Positions 1 to 12,569 of a stretch of DNA of 64,000 bases are shown in pieces (position 1 is the first letter of the stretch; each line of letters begins with the position of its first letter). Source of the DNA: Octopus vulgaris (lineage: Eukaryota). The notes under the pieces were generated by a model. The model was not told the origin of the DNA, made no database searches, and saw nothing but the letters and a program-made list of their open reading frames with translations. A program made the translations under genes and the position numbers. The stretch covers positions 48,546,001 through 48,610,000 of the forward strand of contig OX597827.1 of assembly GCA_951406725.2 (NCBI GenBank). Reading direction: 5' to 3'.

Positions 1-592
1 GATTTATACATCCAGGTTTTATTATACGGTTAATCACATCTTTCTTTGTCAATACCTACGCAAAGAAAGATGTGATTATCTGTATAACAAAACCTTGGTG
101 TGAAAATCTCTGTCCTTCTGATATTTATTATTTTTTCTTTTATTCTCTACGGACACTATGCAGTCTTTGTAAGGACATCTTGATTTACCAAAGTGAAGAT
201 TAAGCGATTATAGTAATTTTAACTAACTGGAGTGCATCAATATTCACTGAGATTAACCAGTATTGTTAACCGATAAGAGCGAGCACTGCACCCTCGAGGA
301 TTATACTTCCTTCTTAACCATTCGCCATGATAGATCGCTAGCCACTAATCATTCTTTATTTTCTCTCCTTCTTTCTTTCTGTGTTCCTTTATGAGGAAGA
401 ACGTTGGCTCGAAACGTTAAAGACTTTTTCTCTTCTCGAGCGTTATACTAATACATCTGCCTGTTGCCTACACCAACTGTCTTCGTCTTTTGTTTCATTT
501 TGCGAATATGTATCTCCCCTTGTTTTTTCTGAGTCCTTTTCTGTAGAAGAGCGTAGGCTCGAAAAGTAAAAGACTTTTTCTATTCCGAGCGA
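1..592 (+). mobile_element. Non-coding PLE-pLTR-derived repeat with two tandem HHR-like units (copy 1)
   Basis: Near-identical to 2632-3262. From about 323 (cgccatgatagatcg...) it is homologous to the 3' end of the PLE at 10787-10997. HHR-like cores at 391 and 541. Confidence 0.7.
536..574 (+). ncRNA. Variant minimal hammerhead motif (CUGUAGA-A core), stem III mutated
   Basis: ctttt CTGTAGAA GAGC gtag GCTC GAAA agt a aaag. Confidence 0.45.
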
Positions 593-826
593 GATCCTCA
601 TTCTAGAATTCTGCCTTCACTTGAAACTAAATCTCTCCAGTTATGACTACTCCGTCGCTGCATGGTTTGGTCAAATCTAACTCTCAGTACATAGTATAAT
701 GAATCAATGGCCGATTCAGGAAAAATGATAATGTGAAAATTACAAAATAACGAAGGCGGCTATAAGCAAAATAAAACCAAAAAGGAGGAATCCAATTGTC
801 AGCAATTGTGACTGACGGTGCAAGGA

Positions 827-872
<46 letters not shown>

Positions 873-873
<1 letters not shown>

Positions 874-1359
874 CTTTATAATTAGGGTTCAGCAAAATTT
901 GCTTTACCACATACCGAAATTTGGAAATAGCAGCCAAAAAGCCTTAGCTATTTCTTCTACTTTAAAAAAGGGACTCCTAGAAAAAACCAAAATACTTGAA
1001 AACAATCGTCGCAGGCAGAGAGGAAAAATAAGGAAAATCAATCTATATCTGATCACCCATGTACGCGTTTCGGAATTAGATCGGTATAAAGAATATAGAA
1101 TTATACTTTACCCAACCATTTTCTTCATCAGCATGGGACGTCAACAACATTAGATATTAAAAATATTAAATTCTAAGGCACTGAAAGAATTGAACATATC
1201 TCTCCACCTAACGGTATCAGACAGATGATATTCAGTTTTAGTACCGCCGAATTCAAAATACGAATGAGGTTCATCACCTTCCCCTGCCCATCCGCGTGTA
1301 TCATCAAGTAAAATACTACAGAAAACATCTGTAGTTTGTTATCAGGGAGATAATTCTAT
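873..1359 (-). mobile_element. Non-coding HHR-bearing element flanked by (TA)n, probable solo PLE pLTR
   Basis: (TA)n on both sides and contains the HHR at 1056-1137. Its 880-950 segment resembles about 17705-17770 (ggg.t.ag.aaaat...ctttaccacatac.gaa...gaaatagcagc). Confidence 0.6.
1056..1137 (-). ncRNA. Type I hammerhead ribozyme with extended stem II
   Basis: Minus strand reads cccatg CTGATGA [about 53-nt stem II with gtata/tatac] GAAA cgcg T A catggg. Perfect 6-bp stem I and palindromic ACGCGT stem III. Confidence 0.85.
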
Positions 1360-2222
1360 TATATATATATATATATATATACGCACATATATGTATATGC
1401 TTGCATGTATGCATATAAATTCAAATATAAACTTACACAAATACACATATGTGAGGTCTATATAGACCTCCATATATAGATTTACCGCTGGTGCAACGCC
1501 TAATGAACAGTTTGTTACCTTTATACACAATTCTGTCTGCGATTATTTGTCTTATAAAACAACACTCCTAATTAATTTTTTTTTCATCTCACCTCCGAGA
1601 AGACGTGACAGGTTTGGAGTGTGATGTAATTCCGGATTTGAAGACTTCCTGATTACGTGCTCGAGGTATCTTCAGTTCTAAATGAAAATAATTTCCACAG
1701 CGTGACTAAGTATGTTTACGCGCACGTAAAGTCATTATGTCAATTGATGACTGTTGAAATGACATTTGTATGTTGTTATAATATTATTTGTGCTTTAAAT
1801 GTACATCAGTCTAGCTCGGGCCGTAATGTCGTTAAAAAATATACCAGACTGACAAGCTAATTGCGTCGTGTTTTTTAGAAGTAGTTAAACTGTATAGAAG
1901 TTATGTTATGTGGCCTCCCTATGAGGTCTAAGAGGTTTCAGCACCGTTTCAGAATACCTCACGGCCCTCCGTGCGCTGCTTTGAAAGCCAAACAGTGTGA
2001 AATTCAAATTTTGCAGAATCGAGGTTGTTAAATAAAGTACCGTTCAACTGTTAGCTGTCTTTGGAGAACATTGCCTGAATTAAGACCTGGAAAGGTATTA
2101 ACTCTGATAGTTTCCAATAACCCAAAACACGTGATATGTCACCCAATGGAGAACATACATACATGTGTATGAATGTATATGTTTATATGCTTTTATATAT
2201 ATGTATGTATATATATGTATAC

Positions 2223-2270
<48 letters not shown>

Positions 2271-2297
2271 ATGTGTGTGTGTGTATGTATGTATGTA

Positions 2298-2495
2298 TAG
2301 TTGGAATTTAAAAAATAACAAAACAAAAGGTGAAGACAGGTGTATAAAAAAACACTCAGGTGTATTAATATAACGCTCGGGATGGTGATAAAGTCCTTTA
2401 CGTTTCGAGCCTACACTTTTCAACAGAAAGGAACACGAAAAAGTATACAGAGAGAGAATAAAAAGAGCTTTGTGGGAAGCGGTCGATCATGGCGA
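2298..2495 (-). mobile_element. Solo pLTR unit with variant HHR (2395-2431)
   Basis: Reverse complement reads cgccatgatcgacc...cctttCTGTTGAAaagtgtaggctcGAAAcgtaaagg; homologous to 10787-10997; sits between microsatellites. Confidence 0.65.
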
Positions 2496-2631
2496 TATAT
2501 ATATGTGTGTGTGTGCGTGTGCCTGTGTGTGTGTGTATGTGTGTGTGTATGCATATATATATATATATATATATACACATACACACACATATATATATAT
2601 ATGGATGTATGTATGTATATCGGGAGAAAAG

Positions 2632-3336
2632 AGATTTACACATCCAGGTTTTATTATACGGTTTTATTATAGTTTTATTATAAACACATCTTTCTTTGTC
2701 AATACCCACGCAAAGAAAGATGTGATTAACTGTATAACAAAACCTTGGTGTGAAAATCTCTGTCCTCCTGATATTTATTATTTGTTCTTTTATTCTCTAC
2801 GGACCCTATGCAGTCTTTGTAAGGACATTTTGATTTACCAATGTGAAGATTAAGCAATTATAGTAAATTTACCTAACTGGAGTGCATCTATATTCACTGA
2901 GATTAACCAGTATTGTTAACCGATAAGAGCGAGCACCGCACCCTCGAGGATTATACTTCCTTCTTAACCATTCGCCATGATAGATCGCTAACCACTAATC
3001 ATTCTTTATTTTCTCTCCTTCTTTCTTTCTGTGTTCCTTTATGTGGAAGAGCGTTGCTCGAAACGTTAAAGACTTTTTCACTTCCCGAGCGTTATACTAA
3101 TACATGTCTGTTGCCTACACCAACTGTCTTCGTCTTTTGTTTCATTTTGCGAATACATTTCTCTCCTTATTTTTGCGAATATGTATCTCTCCTTGATTTC
3201 TCTGTGTTCTTTTCTGTAGAAGAGCGTAGGCTCGAAACGTAAAATACTTTTTCTATTCCTGAGCGTTATACTAATACATCTGTTTGTTTTGTACACCACC
3301 TGTCTTCGTCTTTTGTTTTTTTTCGTAAAATCTCCC
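2632..3336 (+). mobile_element. Non-coding PLE-pLTR-derived repeat with two tandem HHR-like units (copy 2)
   Basis: Duplicate of 1-592. Cores at 3041 (ATGTGGAA, degenerate) and 3214 (CTGTAGAA gagcgtaggctc GAAACGTA). Ends at (TA)n. Confidence 0.7.
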
Positions 3337-3360
3337 TATATATATATATATATATATATA

Positions 3361-3541
3361 GTCGCCATGATAGATCAGTAGCCACTACACAGATTTTTTT
3401 CTCTCCTTGTTTTTTTCTTCTGTGTCCCTTTCTGTAAAAGAGCGTAGGCTCGAAATGTAAAAGACGTTTTCAATTTCTGAGCATTATACTAATACATCTG
3501 TTTGTTTCCTACACCACCTGTCTTCGTATTTTGTGTTTATC

Positions 3542-3548
<7 letters not shown>
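3361..3548 (+). mobile_element. Solo pLTR unit with degenerate HHR (core at 3432)
   Basis: gtcgccatgatagatc...ctgtaaaagagcgtaggctcgaaatgtaaaagac...; flanked by (TA)n and (TC)n(TA)n. Confidence 0.65.
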
Positions 3549-3632
<84 letters not shown>

Positions 3633-4647
3633 ATTAGAGGTTCACTAATAAGAGTCGAATGAAATATAGTTTACTAACATGTTCTTTACACTCCGATTTG
3701 GAAAGACATACGCTGCACAAATTTTCTCGTATGAAAACTTTCATGATCAGACATTATGGGTTTAGAAGAAAATCCCTGTGCGATATTTACGACACTCTAA
3801 GAAATAATTTTGCCATTTCAAAATCTTTAAAGTGATGCCATTTAAAAAATTTGAGTTGAAACACTTCTCGAAAATCTCTGAAAGCGATTTCCAACGTAAC
3901 ATATTTTTTCTTTTTTGCATATTTTATTTCTGTACTTGTTTCATTTCTTGCTTTTTATATTCTTGCGCAAATTACTTTTTATGCATACATATATATATAA
4001 AAAACGTATTTTAGTACACTTGTATTCATGCATCCATCTAATGCCACTGGGCAACCATTACGCTTTCGGCAGAAAAAATACAAACGAAAAAAAGCATCTA
4101 AAACCGTTTCATTCCTAAATCCAAAATCGAAACTTCGTACTTTAAAATAAACATCCAGAAAAATTATAATTTCATTATTTAAAGAAAGAAAATGTGATAT
4201 TACATAGAAACTTTTTCTCCTACGGGTAGACATTAACTGAAATTGAATATTTTTTTAGAATATTTTATCTTTCCGACTAAATATGCATTTAAAATTTATT
4301 GGTATTTTAAATGAATACAAAACTTATGAATTCCATAGTCCTGTAAATATATGTAAATAATGAAAAGCGTATGTGTGTGTATGTATGTGTGCGCGCGTGC
4401 GTGCGTAGGTGTATGTGCCTATATATACTTATACATACGTGAACACAATCAAGTGTCTTGAAAAATATACGTGGGTGTGACAGAGATATGTTTATATACA
4501 TATATTAGTACACAGGTGTGTGAGTATGTGTATGTATATCAATTTTTTATCCTTTTTTCACACATGCACACAAATACGTACGTGCGCATAGCTTGCTTAC
4601 GTAGGTTTAAATGTATTTTTGTACGTAGATACATACATACATACATA

Positions 4648-4699
<52 letters not shown>

Positions 4700-4859
4700 G
4701 TAAGTACATACACAGACACGCACACACATATACACCGAAACAGATACGTAATATATTTTAAATGCGCGCATGTGCATTGTTTTTGATTTTTCGATTACAC
4801 AGCATGGTAGGGTTAGTTGGGCACCATCTTTGAGAAAACAGTATCATTGCGCAATTCAT

Positions 4860-5511
4860 ACCGTCTGAAATTTGGAAACGACACACTGTACTGCTTGGCT
4901 TCGTGCTAGAAGCTCCAATCAAACATCCAATCAACATCATGGTGTTTGAAGTGATCACTAGTGATGGCGATAGTTGTGTCTCCATTATCCTCCTATATGA
5001 CCTCAAAATGAACGCGAAGGCCTACATCAAGTGCATGGATGAGGTGGTGCAGCCATGGATCAAGAGGTTGGCTGCTGGAAGACCTTATGTCTTGCAACAG
5101 AACTCTGTACCACGCTACACAAGCAGGAGAACTCAGTCATGCTTGTCAGACAATTTCTGCGACCACATCAACCATAACTCCCCAGACCTCACCCCCCTTG
5201 ATTATGTGTAGGGCACAGTTGAATGAGAGGCCAACAAAACTCCTTGTAACACCAATGATGAATTGAATGCAACAATCATAATAGCATTCACCAAGTTAAA
5301 AAAGGAGACCGTGCAGAAGAGTTGCAGGAGATTCCGAAGTTGTCTGGAGGCCGTGGTTGAAGCCAATGGTGATTCTATTGAATAAACTTACTCTTTAGTA
5401 TTTCACGATATTTTTATGGAAATTTTCGTAAATATATCTGTTAAAATGAAATGTCAGTGTTATTCTCCTTTTTGCGCAATTTAGACGACAGTTTATTCAA
5501 AGCCCATTGTA
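4860..5511 (+). mobile_element. Degenerate Tc1/mariner transposase C-terminus (maT/DD37D-like) with right end
   Basis: KHPINIMVFEVITSDG, YVLQQNSVPRYTSRRTQ, NSPDLTPLDYV and FRSCLEAVVEANGDSIE match catalytic-domain motifs; contains stops; ends in ...cccattgTA. Confidence 0.8.
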
Positions 5512-7062
5512 CATGTAGTATTTATATGGATTTTTATATAGATTTGTACAAGATGAATAGCCCGTCGATGCCAGGCAATTTTTACAATAGAATGTCGAAT
5601 ATAAATTTTTGTTTATTCCATGTCAGATCATGTCATCCCCAACTAATAGGCCTCTTGATCAGGATTGACTTATGCAAAATTTTGCAAAGAAACTTCGTTG
5701 AGGAATTTTTTTCTCTTTTAAATTATTCACATGTCTGTTGTACCGTTTTATATGACTTTATTCATTAAAATTTCAGAAGCTCTTGCAGTCTGTAAGCTAT
5801 GCCTCAAAGACGCATTACATATATTAAAACATAACTCTTTATTATTACTAAATAAGTATAAGGGAGTCTTAGGTACATGCAACCACTACTTTTTTTATTC
5901 CTTCAAATTTTGCCATAGATCCAAATGCAACCTAAATCACCACACATTACATATATCGAATACTCCTAGGTAACCTTGAACAACCTTATTTGATTTTTTA
6001 AAATCTTAATTTTTAATGTGTGTGTGTGTGTGTGTTTGTGTGCATGTGTGTGTTGGATCAAGTTTGTTTCATTCGCAAGATGAGCCCCTTTTAATTTTGC
6101 TTCATTGTGCTTTCAAATTTGGTATGTCGATTCAAATTGGAATTTTGACTACGATCGAATTACGTTATATCATAAGTTAATGAATCTGATTTTTTAAAAA
6201 TTAAAGTTGGGAAATTTATGTAATTTTAGCCAATTAACAGACAGCTAGGCATTAACAGCTTGTTACCATGACAACCGCACGTTGTGTTGTGTTTCACTTC
6301 ACCTGCATGTTTTGTTTTACTAAAAATTTACATATATTTTATTTAGATATTTTTTGTCGATTGTCTTAATATTTCACATGATTTTTTGTATATAGCAAAA
6401 GTTGTTTGCAATGTTTATACAGTTTCTTCGCATTATGAAGGTGAATGGAATATGTGAACCTACACTTCAAGCACAATAGTGACAAAGCATCGGTGTCTCG
6501 TCGACTCAGTATTACCAAGCTTCAGGGATCATTGACTCAGATAGCTGGATTTATGATTTCACTAGGTTAATTCTATTCATGAACATTTAAATTAGGAATA
6601 TTTCTTAAATCGTTAACTTGACATTTCAACAACTTAACTGAAATTTAGCCCACGCAACAGGAACTAAGAATGATACCATGGAACAGAGAAACTGTGGCTG
6701 ATACAGATAATTTGACATTATTTTGAATTCTGCATGCAAACACATGTAAAATACAGGTATTCTTTTTCTTGGTACAAAATCTTTGTTGACCAGTGTTCTT
6801 AACTTAGTTTACAAATACAAGCATGAAAACGTTACTTAACTTTGAAGTTTTGGAGACAGACATCTCCTTTTCACACAAACATACATGCACTAAAATATTC
6901 ATGATGTACACAGATACATGACAGGTATATATAATACTGAAATACGCATAAAGTAAACACATGCAGACAAATATATTGATATAAAATTTTTTTTTTAAAT
7001 AATAAAAGCATACAATCAAGGAAGAGACAAAAGAAACAGTAAGATGACACATGTTGATTTTA

Positions 7063-7159
7063 TTCTGTTTCTTTAGAAACCTACAGAGAAATGAGGTGTT
7101 TCTGTTTATTTAGAAACCTACAGAGAAATGAGGTGTTTCTATTTATTTAGAAACCTACA
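7063..7159. repeat. About 36-bp tandem repeat, about 2.6 copies
   Basis: tctgttt.tttagaaacctacagagaaatgaggtgtt repeated. Confidence 0.85.
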
Positions 7160-10100
7160 ATGAACAGGTCAGACGCTAAACTATACATTTCACAGGGTAC
7201 AACATTAAAGTTGACATCGCTCCGCTAAACGCAGAAATTGTTTGTCTCGCTATAGGCTAAAACTACAGTTTTACCGACTTTTAAACCTCTGTAACTTTTT
7301 CCTCAAATTTTTTTTTTTCTCCACAACATCATACCTTCATAGCAATGAGACTGGAAGACTACATTATTATATCCGATTTTCAGATTTTTTACTTTGTTTT
7401 AAAAAATGCATAGTTTGGAAATGAAAAAAAAACTAGATCCTATGTCTGTGGACTTAGTTATATATATATAAATATACCCATACTCCGCACCACATCTTAC
7501 CGCCTTATGCGGGCCACCATTCGCTCCAATCTCTCCAAACTACATGCCATCAACCGCCTTCTTCCTCCTGCTTTCTCCACCTTCTTCTCCTCTCTGCCGC
7601 CTCTCTATGCTCCAAACACGCTACGCTTCATTATCCATTTGAATCAACTCTTCCATCAATTTCTTTCTGATACCAAACTTCGTAAACCTTGGTGTGAAAA
7701 TCCCTGAAGCTTGGTAATACTGAGTCACTCTTCCATTCCACCCTACCCGACGCCACTACCCCAACTCCTCCACCACCCTTCTCCCATCCCGATAGGCTCC
7801 ATCCACCCACACCTAACCCCACTGTCCCTCCCTACAACCCCTTCTCCCCTCCCGTTAGGCTCCATCCACCTACACCTAACCCTACTGCCCCGCCCAACCA
7901 CCCCCCACACACCTCCCCAATCCCTCCCCCTCAGACCTCCACGAGACCTACCACCCCTCCTACTTCTATCCCACCCACCCCTTCTCCACTTCCCCCCGAT
8001 CTTCCCCTCTCTGCGGCTGAACGCTCCGTCCTTGGTAGGGGTCTGCGTTTCATCCCCCTCACTCCATCCTGTAAGGAATTCCAGACGCGAGTTGATGTCC
8101 ACAGCTTTGTGCGCCGTGTCCGGTTGGGTGCGCATTACCACGACTCGCCACCCACACCCAACGAAGAGGACGACTGCTTCACTGGCCTGGGCCGCCGACC
8201 ATCCCCGTGGACGCCTGCCCCTGGCCAGATCCTAGCAGTGGATCTTTTCGCGGGCGCTTGTCAGCGTGCATTGGAGCGGTTCAACTTCTCCAGGCGCCAA
8301 CGCCGCCTCAGCATCTCCCCGGCTGAGCTCTTGGCTCTTCGTTCCCTCCAACGGCGCGCTGACATTATCATCAAACCGGCTGACAAGGGTGGAGCTGTAG
8401 TGGTGTGGTGCGCGGACCTCTATAGGGCCGAGGCTTTCCGCCAACTCAATGACACCTCCTTCTATTCCCCTCTGCCCTCTAACCCCACACGTAGCTACCA
8501 ACAGACGGTATCCTCTACTGTCCAAGACCTCATCTCGTCCTCCCGTCTCCCCCGCACCGCATCCAACCTAATTGTGCGAACTCCACGTACCCCCACCATT
8601 TACTGCCTCCCCAAAATCCACAAACCCAACAACCCTGGCCGCCCCATCGTCTCCGCCTGTAACTGCCCCACGGAGCTCATCTCTAAATACCTCGACCGTG
8701 TCCTTGCCCCCTAGTGGCATCTCTTCCCTCCCACATCCACGATACCAACCATGCTCTCCGGCTTTTCAACTCTTTCTCCTTTCCTCCCGGCTCCTCCAAA
8801 ATCCTTTTTACTATGGACATCCAAAGCCTCTATACTGTTATCCCTCACCACGAAGGACTGCAGGCCCTTCGACACTTTCTTGACCTCCGCTCTAACCCTG
8901 TACCTGACACCTCCACACTCATTCGTCTGGCCGAACTTGTCCTTACTCTGAACTGCTTCTCGTTCGCGGGCGAGTTCTACCATCAGGTCTCGGGAGTGGC
9001 CATGGGAACGCGAATGGGCCCCAACTATGCGAACCTGTTCGTTGGCTATGTTGAGGCCCAAATATTCTCTAATTTCACTGGTCCCACTCCTGAACTATAT
9101 GGTCATTATCGGTGCCACCTCACTCTCCCGCGAACATCTAGATTCCTTCCTCTCTTTCGTCCAATCTTTCCATCCAGTCCTCCACTTCACTGCCACTATC
9201 TCCAACACCTCTGTCTCCTTCCTCGACATTTCGGTTAGCATTCTTCACTCCACTCTTACCACCTCCATTCACTACAAACACACAGACTCACACTCATACC
9301 TCAACTTCTCTTCCTCCCACCCAGAACACACCAAGCTTTCCATCCCCTATTCCCAATTCCTCCGTCTACGTAGGCTCTGTAGTGACGACCATGACTTTGA
9401 GACTCAGTCTCAACGTATGGCTCACCACTTCACCCTACGTGGATACCCCCTCACCACTATCCACACCGCCCTTGCCAGAGCACGGTCCGTGGACCGTGTA
9501 TCTGCTCTCTCTCCCCGAACCCGCCCTGTAGTCTCCCGCCTCCCTTTTCCCCTCACTTACCACCCCACGACCCTACGTCTACAACGCACCATTCTTCGAG
9601 CTTTCCGTCATCTCCAGTCCGACCCGTCCACTTCACACCTCTTCCCTAACCAACCCCTCCCCTCTTTCAAACGAGCCCACAACCTTCGAGACCTTTTGGT
9701 CCATAGCTCCTTCCCTGACCCTACCTCCCAACCCGGCTCGTTCCCCTGCTCCCGCCCACGTTGCCGCACTTGCCCTTACCTCTCCAACACCACCCGCCTC
9801 ACTAGCACCCACCATCGACCCTATCCCATCATCCACTCCTTCACCTGCACCTCCAGCAATATTATCTATTGCATCTCTTGCTCTCTCTGCAATTCCTTGT
9901 ACATCGGACAAACGGGACGCCGCTTGGCTGACCGGTTCGCGGAACACCTTCGTGACATCCACCTTGCGAACGACACACCGGTCTCACGCCATTTCCGCTC
10001 CACCGGTCACTCCTTGCAACACCTATCTGTGTTCGGTTTGTCCTTACACAAAGGCCATCCGGATTCCCGTTTGCGCCGTGAACAGGAATTAATCTTCTCT

Positions 10101-10369
10101 CTTCGCTCTTATACGCCATTTGGTCTCAACTCTCCCCCCTCCTCACCTATCCTTTCTCCCCCCGACCCCTATTTCTTCAGTCCTTCATCCTTTCACCCCT
10201 ACTCCCCTTCCCTTCTTCCCTCTTTCTCCCTCCCTCTTCCCCTTCCCTCTGCTCCCTCACTCCCTCTCTCCCCTTCTCTCCCCTTCTCTCACCCCTCTTC
10301 TCCCCCTCCCCCTCTTCTCCTCACTGCACCACATGACTTTACACATCACATCACATATGATGTGCCATA

Positions 10370-10690
10370 CTAATACACACACCAACTAATACATACTAAT
10401 ACGTACTAATACATACTAGTACATACTAATACTTACACCAACCCTATACATACACACGTCCAGACCCCGCATACGCACTTATACTCCTCACACACACACA
10501 CACCTATACATACCAATACGTACTAATACATACTAATACATACTAATACATACACCAACCCCATACATACGCACGTCCAGACCAATCCTACGCACTAATA
10601 CTCTCTCATACACACACACACACCCTTATACATACTAATACATACACCAACCCTATACATACACACATCCAGACCCCTCCCACGCACTAT
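10370..10690. repeat. Imperfect direct repeats in the PLE 3' region
   Basis: tacatactaa arrays and three acaccaaccc.atacatac.cac.tccagacc blocks. Confidence 0.75.
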
Positions 10691-10860
10691 TAGCTGGTCC
10701 CTCAACCCTTTTATCAACCCTATTATCTCCCCTTATTTCGCTCTCGCGTCTCATGTTTGATCTTTGACCTCTGGCCGAAATCAGATCGCCATGTTGATTC
10801 GTTAGCTACTGCACGCATTTTTTTTCTCTCCTTCTTTCTGTGTTTTTCTCTCTCTGTGTA

Positions 10861-10898
10861 TCTTTCTGTTGAAGAGCGTAGGCTCGAAACGTTAAAGA
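10861..10898 (+). ncRNA. Variant minimal hammerhead motif in the PLE pLTR (CUGUUGA-A core)
   Basis: tcttt CTGTTGA A GAGC gtag GCTC GAAA CG T T aaaga: stem I tcttt/aaaga, 4-bp stem II, palindromic ACGT stem III. Confidence 0.65.
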
Positions 10899-10996
10899 CT
10901 TGTTTTATTTATATTTCCTGAGCGCCATACTAATACAATTGTTCGTTTGTTTTCCACCTGCCTTCGTCTTTTGTTTATTTTCATAAAGCTTCCCGT

Positions 10997-11028
<32 letters not shown>

Positions 11029-12087
11029 AATGGCTGATCGTCAGTATACATACATATATAACATATATATATATGTGTGTGTATATGTATATATATATAT
11101 ATGTGTGTGTGAGTATGCGGACCTCTATCCATGTGTGTATATATACATATATATATGCATGTGTGTGTGCGGGTGCGCATATGTGTATATCTATATACAT
11201 ATCTTTCTTTCTCTCACTATAACTTTCCTCCTTCACTTTAGCTAGTACACACTCTGACTTCTTACAAATGCCTACGTCTATTATTAGAAACTTGACCATT
11301 ATATCTCCAGATTCACTTCTTAATTTCTAGCCCCCTTCCATATCATTACACCCCTTCCCTCCCTTCTCGAGGTTTACCACTCACATTTATTACTCCCCTC
11401 CCCTCTGTACCACATTCTTTATCGTTCCCCCAACTTAGTGCCTTTTCAAACCTATCCCCCATCTCCATCTCCTCACACATTCTCCTTTCTTACCATATCT
11501 CTTCTTCCTATTCCTCCTCCCCAACTCCTTTTATCCACTAATAGCTCTCCTCTCCCCATCCTCTTATAATATCTTGACCAGCATCTACCACAACTTTTTT
11601 CCTTTTCTTTTTCTTTTCCTTTACTTTTTCCCTCCTCCTCTTCTCTAGCCATTACGAATACCACCCTCCTAATTCCTTTGACCAATACCAATCACTTCCA
11701 TACATACGTCTTTCTTCTTTCTGACATTCTTATCTTTCCATTCCTCTCTTTATCTACCCCCCCCCCTTACCAGTATAATTTTCAAAATTCATTTATAATA
11801 CAAGATCCTTTTGAACGAACAACACATGGAATTAATATCTGCACACTATCCATTTGAAATAACAACATATGAATTCTTATCGGACTTTACACATCATGCA
11901 CAAGAATTCTCATTACCCATTCTACACAGCACATTCCTTGGAGAAAGGAACAGCAACTTTAACATCCAACATGTATTCTCGTATTTTCATATATGCCTTT
12001 TATACTTTCTGCATTGTAACCAATTTCTTGTATATCACTCCCTCTCCAGAATAACTTCTAAAAAATGAACACGGTGCTTCTGAAGAA

Positions 12088-12536
12088 GAGTGGACCTGAC
12101 GAGTCCACCCGTGCTAGTCAGTGGACGCTACACCCTCGTTAGTCAGTAAACAGACGCAGGCACAGGCGTAAAGTCAGTGGCACCCGCGATAAAAAAAAAG
12201 CTTCCACATGTATAAATATGTGTAAACTGTAAATCGGGAGCGATTGGGGGATAGGAATTTTTCTACTATCATCATATTCTTGAATCTACGTTTTGCATTT
12301 TTCCAGCAACATTCTACTGAGTTTCTTTGGGGGGAAAATATGGGAAACATGGGGAATTAATGTTTTCAAAATATTGTAAAGCATCTTTCAGAATGGTTCT
12401 CTTTTGAATTTAATTTTATTTCATTATTTTCACTTTTTTATGTCTACTTTTGAGTAACATCTTATTTCAAATTCAAAATTTGTTTTATTTTCATTCATTC
12501 AGTCGGTTGTTTGTTTTATTAGATAGATAGAGAGAT

Positions 12537-12569
<33 letters not shown>

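Larger units (their letters stand above)
7475..10997 (+). mobile_element. Penelope-like retroelement (Neptune-like), 5'-truncated, disrupted RT plus GIY-YIG ORF, 3' pLTR
   Basis: IIIKPADKGGAVVVW, LPKIHKPNNPGRPIVS, MDIQSLYTVIP, GVAMGTRMGPNYANLF, CSRPRCRTC linker, IIYCISC..C..LYIGQTGRRLADRFAEH. Stop at 8712, frameshifts, YIDD motif deleted near 9105. (TA)n on both flanks. Confidence 0.95.

Noticed and set aside
6262-6275. GTTACCATGACAAC, an RFX X-box-like palindrome
   Set aside because: A single short motif with no linked promoter or gene evidence.
12096-12130. CTGACGA GTCCAC...GTGGAC hammerhead-like hairpin
   Set aside because: It is followed by GCTA rather than GAAA, with no stem I or III; explained by repeats inside a TIR.
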